Assembly (NCBI GenBank): GCA_034408725.1
Contig: JAWXCN010000205.1
Coordinates: 1-14,358 of the forward strand
Direction of reading: 5' to 3'
Length of the DNA stretch: 14,358 nucleotides
Source of the DNA: Candidatus Hydrogenedentota bacterium
Lineage (GTDB): Bacteria > Hydrogenedentota > Hydrogenedentia > Hydrogenedentales > SLHB01
Shown here: positions 1 to 7,951 of the stretch, one piece after another
Numbering within the stretch: position 1 is the first letter of the stretch
How the letters are laid out: each line of letters opens with the position of its first letter
Translations under genes and position numbers: made by a program
Notes under the pieces: generated by a model
Seen by the model: only the letters and a program-made list of their open reading frames with translations
Database searches by the model: none
What the model was told of the DNA's origin: nothing

Positions 1-1497
1 GGTCACCTGGATGAGTTGCAGGGGCTGGTCCGCCGAGAGCGCATCGATAATGGCGCCGACGCGTTGCGCCTCGGCGAGGTCGACTTTTCCGCCAGAGGCC
101 TTGAAGAACGAGCCCACCGGCGGCACGCCGACATAGTGCTCGATATCTTCCGGCGTTTTTAATCCGTGGTCGAGGTAATCGAGGAAGAAGGCAAGCCCGA
201 TACCGCCGACGATTCCGGCAATCAGGCCCAGGAGCATGTTGAACATTTTGCGGGGCCGGATGGGATTCGTTGGGAGGTTCGGCTCGGAGATTATGACGAT
301 GTTGTTGATGCCGGCGAGCGATAACTGGCTGTTGACGCGGGCTTCCTGCACGCGTTCGGCGAAGAATGTGTACGACTCCTGCTTGATGTCCGCTTCTTCC
401 TGAAGCGCATCGTGCTCGTCAATGACGCTGTTCAACAGTTTCAGGCGGGTCTCGAGTTCGGCGATGCGTTTTTCAGATGACCCAGTCGCATTGGTGATCG
501 CATCGTTCAAACTTTTGACCGCCTGATCGATCTGTTCGTTAATGCTGATGACGTCTGGATGGTTCGGGCCTTTCGACGTGACCTGCTCGTTCCGGCGCAA
601 CAGCAGTTCGAGTAGGCGCAAGCGGAGCTCGGTGATTACGGAGCTTTCGGTCTCGCGGCTCAACTGCTGCATGATGGCGGAGTCGTCCGTCGTGTCCGTC
701 AACCCAGGTGGCACGATCCCGATTTCCTGAAGCTGGCCAGAGAGCTTTTTGGCGTTCGTGTATTCTTCGACGAGGATTTTGCGTTCGTCTTCCAGTCCGT
801 AGACGTTGTTCGTCTCGCGAAACTCTTTCAACTTGTCTTGGGATTCGCCCCATTCCCCGCGGAATTCGCTAAGCTTCATTTCAAGGACATCCGTCGCGCT
901 GTCCGGCGTGCGGAAAACTTCGTCGTGTTTGTCCTTGTATTTCACGAGCAGTATCGTGAGCACCTGCTGCGCCAACTCGGGAGAGCCCATGCGACAGCGC
1001 ACTTCCATCGTGTACGAGTCCTTGACGGCATGCACGGCAATTGCGCCGCGCAGCACCTCGACGGCGCCTTCGACGGCTTCCGGTTTTTTCTTGAGGTTCA
1101 GCATGACCTGCAAGCCGTTCAAGGCATCGCGAGCGCCGCTGACGATTGCGCGAACGCCGCCGCCCCTGCCGCCGAATCCTTCCTGATCAAGCTTCGCTTC
1201 CGTTACGACTTCCTTCAGCACGTCATCGCTGTAGATCATCTGGATTTCCGAGTTGAGGTCTTCCTCGGTCATTGAGATCATCGGCGTCGTCGCGCTGTCG
1301 GTCAGCGGTGTTGCGGTTTGAAGAGTTTCGCGGCCGCGCAGCATCTGCACTTTCGCGGTTGACTCGTAGGTTTGTGGCCAGATGATGTTGCAGACGTATA
1401 CGCCCACAACCACTACCACGAGAAAGAGCAGGATGAGCGCCTTGCGTTTGAACAAGACGGTCAGTATGTCCCGCAGGAAGATTTGACGTTTATCCAT
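1..1497 (-). CDS. Polysaccharide co-polymerase / chain-length determinant (Wzc/GumC-like), 3'-truncated at the window edge
   Basis: Not in the ORF track; I translated both ends by hand, and they are in the same frame. ATG at 1497 with GAGG upstream gives MDKRQIFLRDILTVLFKRKALILLFLVVVVVGVYVCNIIWPQTYESTAKV (Wzz-type N-terminal TM, PxxYES motif). The far end gives IISEPNLPTNPIRPRKMFNMLLGLIAGIVGGIGLAFFLDYLDHGLKTPEDIEHYVGVP (Pro-rich segment, TM2, typical Wzc linker), ending ...LQLIQVT where a BY-kinase domain would start. Lies directly downstream of the Wza-like gene. Confidence 0.88.
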   Translation of the reverse strand, partial: MDKRQIFLRDILTVLFKRKALILLFLVVVVVGVYVCNIIWPQTYESTAKVQMLRGRETLQTATPLTDSATTPMISMTEEDLNSEIQMIYSDDVLKEVVTEAKLDQEGFGGRGGGVRAIVSGARDALNGLQVMLNLKKKPEAVEGAVEVLRGAIAVHAVKDSYTMEVRCRMGSPELAQQVLTILLVKYKDKHDEVFRTPDSATDVLEMKLSEFRGEWGESQDKLKEFRETNNVYGLEDERKILVEEYTNAKKLSGQLQEIGIVPPGLTDTTDDSAIMQQLSRETESSVITELRLRLLELLLRRNEQVTSKGPNHPDVISINEQIDQAVKSLNDAITNATGSSEKRIAELETRLKLLNSVIDEHDALQEEADIKQESYTFFAERVQEARVNSQLSLAGINNIVIISEPNLPTNPIRPRKMFNMLLGLIAGIVGGIGLAFFLDYLDHGLKTPEDIEHYVGVPPVGSFFKASGGKVDLAEAQRVGAIIDALSADQPLQLIQVT

Positions 1498-1527
1498 GGT
1501 CTATACCTCGCGCTTCCGCCGTAGCCG

Positions 1528-2922
1528 TTATGGGTTTAAGATAGCACCGGGCAGACCCAGGCCGCCGGTATTCGGCACCACGGTCACACCGGAACTGAAG
1601 TTATTGCTCTTGCTCTTCGAATTGACCTTCTGCTCGTTCATGTAATACGTGCCGGACACGCCCAGCGTATTTTCGAACGGCACGATTTCTTCGATGTACT
1701 GTTCGACGAACAGGTTCGCGCGCGACACCAGTTTCTTCGGAACATACACCACGTCGAACCCGCGCAGCATAATATCGTTTTCGGTGCTGCCCTTGAGCAC
1801 ATTCGCGATGTTGGTCTTGTACACGTAGGGTTTTCCGTTCGGGTTGCGCCGGATGATCAGCACGCTATTGAGCCGCGAATCTTTCGTCGGTCCGCCGGCC
1901 ATGAGGATCGCCTGGAACGCTGACGGCGCGCCTTCCAGCGGAAACACGCCGTTATTGGCAACTTCACCGCCGATGTAGATGCGCGCGCCAGTCGCCTGCA
2001 CGACGTCCGTGGAGATATCGAGTTCGTTGAACGCCAACCCCTCGAAAGCTTCGCCGATGGACGTGCGCAACTCTTCGGTGCTGTATCCTGCCGCCTGCAA
2101 TTCACCGATCCTCGGCACGGATACGCGTCCGTCCGGCCGCACTGACACGACGCCGTTCATGCTGAGCAGCGACTGGTTGATCGCCGGGAACACGATCAGG
2201 TTTACGTCAGGCGTGTTCTTCAATACCTTGGCGGCCTCGGCCTTGACCGCGTCGCCCGCTTCCTGGACCGTCATGCCCGCGATCATCACGTCCGTGTTTA
2301 TCGATGGAAGGCGGATTTTCCCGTCCGGCCTTACGGCGATATCGCGGCTCATGTTTTCGAGCCGGTCCGGGTTGGAGAAGTCGACGTTCACGGTTATGCG
2401 CGGTTCGCCTTCAATGATCCCGGTTTTCGCATAGAGCTGGGTGAGCGTTTTGCGCAGCCCGAAGGGCGTGAGCCCCGACGCCTTAACATCGCCGACTTCC
2501 GGCATCGTGATGTAGCCGTCGGGCCGCACGGTCCGGTTCGAGTTGAGCGGCCAGTTGTTCAGGAAGCTAATTCCGATGAGATCGCCGACGTCGATTTTGT
2601 ACGACTCGGCATTACCCATTGGCGCGGTGAGCCGTACTTCCATGTTGTCTCCAACTTCGATGCGGTAGTCCCAGGGGACATCTCCTTCACGGAACTCGCG
2701 CAGCCGGAATTGGAGGCTGACCTTGTCGCCCACCTGGAGCAGATAAGCCGTATCGCCGCCGCTCATTTCCTCGATCTCAGCCTGCGTAATGTCCTGCGGC
2801 TCGCCTTTCGGGTCCAACACGATTGTGTGGTCCGTTGCCGCGCAACCTGCCAGCATCCCGATAGCCAGCAATAGCGCAAACCCGCTGGTCCGTGCCATTC
2901 GGCTTTCTCCCTTCGCTTTCAT
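1528..2922 (-). CDS. Polysaccharide export lipoprotein (Wza/OPX family) with three Poly_export motif sets and one SLBB domain
   Basis: Start moved to ATG 2922 (strong SD GAGGAGG); ATG 2898 is an alternative. Lipobox LAGC; three YxxxVGD motifs; three VRPDGxIxxP motifs; SLBB-like IYIGGEVANNGVFPL...AILMAGG; C-terminal DIMLRGFDVVYVP. Confidence 0.9.
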   Translation of the reverse strand: MKAKGESRMARTSGFALLLAIGMLAGCAATDHTIVLDPKGEPQDITQAEIEEMSGGDTAYLLQVGDKVSLQFRLREFREGDVPWDYRIEVGDNMEVRLTAPMGNAESYKIDVGDLIGISFLNNWPLNSNRTVRPDGYITMPEVGDVKASGLTPFGLRKTLTQLYAKTGIIEGEPRITVNVDFSNPDRLENMSRDIAVRPDGKIRLPSINTDVMIAGMTVQEAGDAVKAEAAKVLKNTPDVNLIVFPAINQSLLSMNGVVSVRPDGRVSVPRIGELQAAGYSTEELRTSIGEAFEGLAFNELDISTDVVQATGARIYIGGEVANNGVFPLEGAPSAFQAILMAGGPTKDSRLNSVLIIRRNPNGKPYVYKTNIANVLKGSTENDIMLRGFDVVYVPKKLVSRANLFVEQYIEEIVPFENTLGVSGTYYMNEQKVNSKSKSNNFSSGVTVVPNTGGLGLPGAILNP

Positions 2923-3053
2923 ACCTACCTCCTCATCGCCACACCCGGGGTGCAACCGGGCATTTGGTCGTTTCCACTCTCCACGCGGTCTCATTCTTCT
3001 ATCGCTAAATCCACATACGTCCACGCATGTCAGAATCGTTTTGTCATTTTCTT

Positions 3054-3842
3054 TTATCTCTGTGGCTGTGGTCCGCCGTGTTCAAATTGGCCCGGCTCCG
3101 ATGGCCGTTTTATCTGGGCATCGATTTGTGGACCTGACACATCACCCGGCTTCGTTGCGCCGGGCGGCAGGACCTTTTTCTCTCGTGCCCGCATGGTCGC
3201 GCCCAGTTCGGGCCGATTGATTTCGAGTTTCGGCGCGAACGTCTGCGACGGCTCGATTTTCCGCCGCTGGCGCGTACTCGGCGTAATGCGGAACTGGCCG
3301 CCGCGGCTTTTCAGCACGCTTGTGAATATTTCCGCGGGCAGCAAGCGCGCTTCCTTGAAAATTTCCGCGACCAAGGGCGCGGCGGCTTCGACGACCTGCC
3401 GCTCGATGCCGATTGTCCGCTCGCGGATTTGTTGGAACTCGTAAAACAATTGATCGCGCGCGAACTCGGCGGGCACTTCGACCATGTTCTCGTATTCCGT
3501 TGACATTTCCAACGTGTTGATCGTGATGCGGTAGCGTTCACCTGGATTCTGAAGATAGTTTGGCGCGGACGATTTCAGCACTTCGCTGCGCACCTCGATC
3601 ATATAGTCCGGCGCGGGGTTTGCCCGAGGCGAAATGCCGGGGCCGGACGGCGCTTGCTGGTGCAAATAGTCACCGGCGGAACGGGTCCGCTCGAAGACGC
3701 CGATGCGCAGTACGCCGTCCGTTTCTTCGATCAATAGTTGGCGGTTTTCATCCAGCGTCTGGCCGTGGTAGCGCTTCTCTTGTGCGTAGGACGCGGCGCA
3801 TGCGACAAGGACGGCAATGAGCAGCGCGCTATGACGAGGCAT
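3054..3842 (-). CDS. Hypothetical secreted protein
   Basis: 262-aa ORF with a Sec-like signal peptide (MPRHSALLIAVLVACAASYA). Its start overlaps the end of the upstream nucleotidyltransferase, so it is probably operonic. Pro/Gln-rich C-terminus; no family recognised. Confidence 0.72.
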   Translation of the reverse strand: MPRHSALLIAVLVACAASYAQEKRYHGQTLDENRQLLIEETDGVLRIGVFERTRSAGDYLHQQAPSGPGISPRANPAPDYMIEVRSEVLKSSAPNYLQNPGERYRITINTLEMSTEYENMVEVPAEFARDQLFYEFQQIRERTIGIERQVVEAAAPLVAEIFKEARLLPAEIFTSVLKSRGGQFRITPSTRQRRKIEPSQTFAPKLEINRPELGATMRAREKKVLPPGATKPGDVSGPQIDAQIKRPSEPGQFEHGGPQPQR

Positions 3843-4806
3843 TCGCGTTCTCCTCGAACAACCCGGTCAGGCCGCGCAATTGGGATTGCCGCGTGATGAC
3901 GGTGTCAGTATGGGCCTTGCCATCGTCGAGCACGACGTCTGAAAGCACGACGCACCGTTCGAGCCTTGCGGGTTTCCGCACGATGACGCGATCGCCCAAG
4001 ACGGTATCGGTGAGCTCCGTGCCGCGCGCAACGCTGCATTGGTCGCCCATCAGCGCATGTTTGTTCAGCTTGCGCAACTGGTGCATGCAGCAATCGATAA
4101 GGTCGCGTGTGTAGGTTATGTTGACGTCCCAGTCGACGACGGGCGCAATGCGCACGGCGAATTCGTAGTCGATCAGTATCTGGATAGAATCGGTAAGTTC
4201 GTACTCATCGCGCATCGCCGTGCGCGGCGTTCTGCGAATCGCGTCGAATACGGGCATGTCGAACAAATAAAGACCGCAGCCCTTCAGCATGTTCGGCACA
4301 TGACGCGGCTTCTCGATGACACGGCGAACCGTGCCGTCTTCGCGCAATAAGACCGCGAAGTTCCGTTTCACGGCTTCTGCGTCAGTCTCTTCCCTTACCG
4401 CGAGCACGGCGGCGCACGCGTATTCTTCCATGACTTCCATCATGCGGCGTAGTTCGGGTATCTCGAAAAAGATGTCGCCGAGCATCAGCAAAAATGGCCG
4501 GGACACATGCTGCTCGAGCTGGCCAACGGCGTGCGCAATGCCCAGGCGCTGCTGCTGCTCGACATAACGAATCCTTAGTCCGAACCGGCTGCCGTCGCCC
4601 AGCGTTTGCGTAATGCGATGGCCGAGGTGTCCGATGACGATAAATACTTCCTCGATGCCGGCGTCCTTCATGTATTCCAATTGGTACACCAACAGCGGCT
4701 TGTTGCAGATCGGCACGATGGGTTTTGGCATTTCTTCGCCGAAAGGCCCCATGCGCGAGCCGTGGCCCGCCGCGAGAATCACGCCCTGATATGCCGCTTC
4801 ACTCAC
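3829..4806 (-). CDS. Sugar-phosphate nucleotidyltransferase (glucose-1-phosphate thymidylyltransferase-like, with short C-terminal beta-helix-like region)
   Basis: GVILAAGHGSRMGP..MPKPIVPICNKP NTP-transferase signature, plus LGIAHAV, MLGD, IEKP and EYELTDSIQ motifs; GTG start. Substrate not determinable. Confidence 0.9.
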   Translation of the reverse strand: MSEAAYQGVILAAGHGSRMGPFGEEMPKPIVPICNKPLLVYQLEYMKDAGIEEVFIVIGHLGHRITQTLGDGSRFGLRIRYVEQQQRLGIAHAVGQLEQHVSRPFLLMLGDIFFEIPELRRMMEVMEEYACAAVLAVREETDAEAVKRNFAVLLREDGTVRRVIEKPRHVPNMLKGCGLYLFDMPVFDAIRRTPRTAMRDEYELTDSIQILIDYEFAVRIAPVVDWDVNITYTRDLIDCCMHQLRKLNKHALMGDQCSVARGTELTDTVLGDRVIVRKPARLERCVVLSDVVLDDGKAHTDTVITRQSQLRGLTGLFEENANASS

Positions 4807-4815
4807 AGGAAGTCC

Positions 4816-5802
4816 TCACCGCCGCACCGGCATGTCGTCATATCCGCCGGCCAGAATCCAGTCTATCGTGCGCTGCAAGCCGTCTTCGAGTGACACACTC
4901 GCTTCCCATCCGAGCAGCGCTTTCGCCTTCGAGCTGTCCGCTTCCACCCGCTGAATTTCACTTTTTTGCGGGCGAATGCGGCTTGCATCGGTCACTATTT
5001 GCAAATCTTTATTCATCAGATTGGCAATGAGCTGTGCCAGGTCTCCAATGGTTACCGCGCGGGTCGAACCGAAGTTCACTACCTCGCCGATCACGCTGTC
5101 GGCTTCCGCAGTCCGAATGAACGCGTTTACGATGTCGTCGACATACGTGAAATTGCGGGTCGGCGCAAGATCGCCCAACCGCAACTCGGCGCCCCGCGCC
5201 AGTTGCAGAATAATCGTTGGAATTACCAGAAACTGGCCGATTCGCGGTCCGTATACATTGAAGATACGGCAGGTCGCAACCGGCAATTCGTATGTGAGAT
5301 AAAAACTCTCCGCCGTGTGGTCCGCGGCGAGTTTGGACGCCGTGTATGGGTTGTGCGCCGCCACCGGGTGTGTTTCGGTTATGGGCCGGCCGTCTTTCGA
5401 CGTGCCGTAGACCCCGGCGGATGACGTATGCACGACGCGCCGCACGTGCTCGTGCCGCGCCGCGTTGCACACGTTCAGCGTTCCCATGACATTGGTGATA
5501 ATGGTTTCTTCCGGGTTCGCATAGGAGTATGCCACACTCGTGATGGCGGCATGATGAAAAACCGTGTCCACCCCCTGCGTTGCCTCTCGCACGAATGCGC
5601 CATCCCGGATGTTGCCACCGCATATCTCGAGGTGTTTGGCTAATGGAGCGGGTACGCCGGCGAGATAGCCCACGCTGCCGCGCATATTGCCGTGGACCAT
5701 GCCCCGGACTTCCGCGCCGCGCTCCAACAATTGCTCGCACAGGTGGCTTCCGATGAAGCCTCCCGCGCCCGTTACCAGCACTTTGCGCCCTTTCCATTCC
5801 AT
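4816..5802 (-). CDS. NAD-dependent epimerase/dehydratase (extended SDR)
   Basis: VLVTGAGGFIGSH Rossmann motif, YTASK (YxxxK), RIFNVYGPR, RNFTYVDD. Start set at ATG 5802, which overlaps the upstream stop (TGATG coupling). Confidence 0.92.
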   Translation of the reverse strand: MEWKGRKVLVTGAGGFIGSHLCEQLLERGAEVRGMVHGNMRGSVGYLAGVPAPLAKHLEICGGNIRDGAFVREATQGVDTVFHHAAITSVAYSYANPEETIITNVMGTLNVCNAARHEHVRRVVHTSSAGVYGTSKDGRPITETHPVAAHNPYTASKLAADHTAESFYLTYELPVATCRIFNVYGPRIGQFLVIPTIILQLARGAELRLGDLAPTRNFTYVDDIVNAFIRTAEADSVIGEVVNFGSTRAVTIGDLAQLIANLMNKDLQIVTDASRIRPQKSEIQRVEADSSKAKALLGWEASVSLEDGLQRTIDWILAGGYDDMPVRR

Positions 5803-6593
5803 CACCCGGTCCCCGCGACGAGCGGTTTTTGCCAAACACCGAGGATATGCGTGCTGAAAGTGCGTAGGCCTGGTAGGCGAGTCTGGGCGCGTTCGAGTGC
5901 CCGCAACGCCAATGCCAGCGGAGAATTAAAGATGAAGAACGCCCACATGCCCGCGAGCATTTCGAGGCGGACAGCATTGAACCCTGCCCGGTGAAATAGC
6001 TGTTCCAATGTACGTGGCGTGTTTGCCCGGTAGTAGGTGCGAAACGTGTCCTCCGAATGGCCACCAAACAGTTTTTTCTTCATGATCTGTTTGACACGAT
6101 AGGGAACAAGGCCAGAAACCAGTGCGAACACGCTCATGCGGTTCGGCGTCAACACGGCGATGACGCCACCGGGCCGTAGCACGCGCCAAAACTCGTGGAA
6201 CACCTGCAATGGCGCCGCGACGTGTTCGATGACGAATTTGCAGACGATAACATCGAAGGCTCCGCTCCGGAATGGCAGAGTTTCCAATGGGGTCGCCACG
6301 CGATCGCGCAAGAGGACGTTTGCGCGCAGCCCAGCGAGGTCCATGTCACACCCGACCGCCTGTTTGGCGCGCTGAATCGCCGGCAAATCGGGATCGCCCC
6401 GCGACGAGCCGGCGTCGAGCACGATGCTCTCGTTCGTTATATAGGCTGCGAGGGCCGCGTCGTACGCGCCATTCACGTCGCGAATCCAGCGCATCAATAG
6501 GCCGTACTTCCGCGCGCCGAGACGCGCGGCGATGTCCTCGGGGATGGCCAGCGACGGCCTATCCTGCGATGGTTTCGGCAAAGATGCGCTCAT
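5802..6593 (-). CDS. Class I SAM-dependent methyltransferase
   Basis: VLDAGSSRG (variant motif I), GCD, LPFRSGAFDVIV, VIEHV, EFWRVLRPGG. Start set at ATG 6593 (MSASLPKP), overlapping the end of the GT gene; the exact start is uncertain. Confidence 0.85.
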   Translation of the reverse strand: MSASLPKPSQDRPSLAIPEDIAARLGARKYGLLMRWIRDVNGAYDAALAAYITNESIVLDAGSSRGDPDLPAIQRAKQAVGCDMDLAGLRANVLLRDRVATPLETLPFRSGAFDVIVCKFVIEHVAAPLQVFHEFWRVLRPGGVIAVLTPNRMSVFALVSGLVPYRVKQIMKKKLFGGHSEDTFRTYYRANTPRTLEQLFHRAGFNAVRLEMLAGMWAFFIFNSPLALALRALERAQTRLPGLRTFSTHILGVWQKPLVAGTG

Positions 6594-7659
6594 AATCGTC
6601 CGTAATCTGGTCCCAATCGTATTCAGCGCGTACACGCTCGACGGCGACCTTGCGGTAGCTCGCGACCTCATCGGGATGCTCGACGAGCCACTGCAATTTC
6701 TCGCGCAGGTCTTCGACGTCGCACGTGCGAAATGACACGCCGGCGTGGGCGACGGCTTCGACGTTGTACGAAATGTCGCTCACCAGCACGCAATTGCCCG
6801 CGCCCATCGCCTCGAGAATCGCGGGGTGCGTTCCGCCGACTTCCATGGCGTTGACATAGGCGTATGCATTGGCCTGGAGCGCCTTGTAGATGTCGCCGTA
6901 GAGGCCACCGGGAAACTTGATGCGCGGGTCCTTCGTCGCTTTCAGTTCGCGGATGTAGTCGTCCGCAAATGGCGCGCTTCCCACGATCAGCAACTGCATG
7001 TCCGTTTTCACGCCTTCAAACGCTTTCACCAGTACGTGCGCGTTGTTTTCCGGTTCGAGGCGGCTCACGAACAAAAAATATTGCTCGGGCTTGAGGCCGA
7101 AATCCGCGAGCAACTCCCGCTTGAAGCCCCGTTCAACGATGTCGGCGCCATAGGCGACATATGTCGTGTCGCGGCCAAACTTCTTTTTGTAATATTCCTT
7201 AATCACGCGTGAATCCGCGATCAGCACGTTGGAGAACTTCGCGGCGATCCATTCCGCCGCTTTGAAATAGGCCTTTGCCGCGCGGTTCCACTTTGCCCGC
7301 TCCCATTCCAGGCCGTCCGTGTTTAAGACCACCTTGATGCCGAATAAACGGGAAAGCCACGTAAATGCGCTGTTACCCGAACTACAGTAACAACCGGCAT
7401 CGGCCCCGTGCATCACGAGGTGCAGGGTCGACAGGAACGTGTGTGTGATCGAGTCCAAATGCTTTGTATGAATGGTGGACTGATACACGAGGCGTACCCC
7501 GCGGTATGTTTCCAGCCGCTCCGTATAATGTGTGCTTCGGCAATAGACCGACACGTCGTGTCCTTTGGCCGCGAGCCGGACGGCCACCTCTTCCACAAAA
7601 GTTTCAAACCCGCCGTAATTCGCCGGAATTCCGCGAGTCCCCAGGAATGCAATCCTCAT
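6559..7659 (-). CDS. Glycosyltransferase family 4 (GT-B) with DUF1972-like N-terminus
   Basis: MRIAFLGTRGIPANYGGFETF N-terminus; NTDGLEWERAKW; FVSRLEPENN; EVGGTHPAILEAM (EX7E-type region); SDISYNVE. Confidence 0.93.
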   Translation of the reverse strand: MRIAFLGTRGIPANYGGFETFVEEVAVRLAAKGHDVSVYCRSTHYTERLETYRGVRLVYQSTIHTKHLDSITHTFLSTLHLVMHGADAGCYCSSGNSAFTWLSRLFGIKVVLNTDGLEWERAKWNRAAKAYFKAAEWIAAKFSNVLIADSRVIKEYYKKKFGRDTTYVAYGADIVERGFKRELLADFGLKPEQYFLFVSRLEPENNAHVLVKAFEGVKTDMQLLIVGSAPFADDYIRELKATKDPRIKFPGGLYGDIYKALQANAYAYVNAMEVGGTHPAILEAMGAGNCVLVSDISYNVEAVAHAGVSFRTCDVEDLREKLQWLVEHPDEVASYRKVAVERVRAEYDWDQITDDYERIFAETIAG

Positions 7660-7760
7660 TCCGCTTCGTCAGCGTCCATTCCTGCCGTAAGGCTTTTAGT
7701 ACAAGGCAGTTGCATTGAAACTGCGCGGGCAAAACTCGTACAGTTCCTGAGTTGTGCCAA
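7656..7760 (-). CDS. Putative 34-aa leader ORF translationally coupled to the GT gene
   Basis: GGAGG, 5 nt, then TTG at 7760; open to a TGA that overlaps the GT start (ATGA). Peptide MAQLRNCTSFARAVSMQLPCTKSLTAGMDADEAE. Confidence 0.35.
   Translation of the reverse strand: MAQLRNCTSFARAVSMQLPCTKSLTAGMDADEAE
7706..7724. promoter_or_regulatory. 19-bp imperfect palindrome, possible operator or RNA hairpin
   Basis: GCAGTTGCATTGAAACTGC: 8 of 9 symmetric positions pair; 47 bp upstream of the GT start. Confidence 0.3.
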
Positions 7761-7803
7761 TGTGCCCTCCCGCCATAAGCGGCCACAAGATAAAGCACAG
7801 AAA

Positions 7804-7850
7804 CATCAATATCTTACCCCATCTCACAAGCACTATACAATATATTGTGT
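7804..7850. promoter_or_regulatory. Tandem NrdR-box-like operators
   Basis: ATACAATATATTGTGT (7835-7850) matches the NrdR consensus acaCwAtATaTwGtgt at 15/16 positions. A weaker core, CAATATCTTA (from 7807), lies 31 bp away. Confidence 0.55.
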
Positions 7851-7861
7851 AGATTGGTAAA
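7832..7861 (-). promoter_or_regulatory. Putative sigma70-type promoter of the polysaccharide operon
   Basis: Minus strand TTTACC-N18-TATAGT in an AT-rich intergenic segment, just downstream of the psp terminator. Confidence 0.4.
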
Positions 7862-7884
7862 GCGAAAATTATGTGTAACCGTGT

Positions 7885-7924
7885 AAAAATAGCGCGCGCG
7901 GTCCCCTAGAAAGCGACCGCGCGC
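7885..7924 (-). terminator. Rho-independent terminator of the psp operon
   Basis: Perfect 10-bp stem GCGCGCGGTC (7894-7903) / GACCGCGCGC (7915-7924), followed on the minus strand by GCTATTTTT; 27 nt after the pspC stop. Confidence 0.75.
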
Positions 7925-7951
7925 AAAATCTCGAAAATAGCCTGCCTGTGT

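Noticed and set aside
539-1275. Four short ORF-track calls in the first 1.3 kb
   Set aside because: All are shadows of the Wzc-like gene, which the track missed, probably because its stop is outside the window.
5009-6067. 352-aa alternative-frame ORF
   Set aside because: Arg/Gly-rich shadow frame overlapping the well-supported epimerase and methyltransferase genes.
7745-7760. TGGCAC on the minus strand upstream of the GT gene as a sigma54 promoter
   Set aside because: The -12 position reads CAGGA rather than TTGC; the conserved GC is absent.
7660-7951. Single transcript joining the psp and polysaccharide operons
   Set aside because: A good terminator and an independent promoter-like AT-rich region separate them; co-orientation alone is not evidence of coupling.
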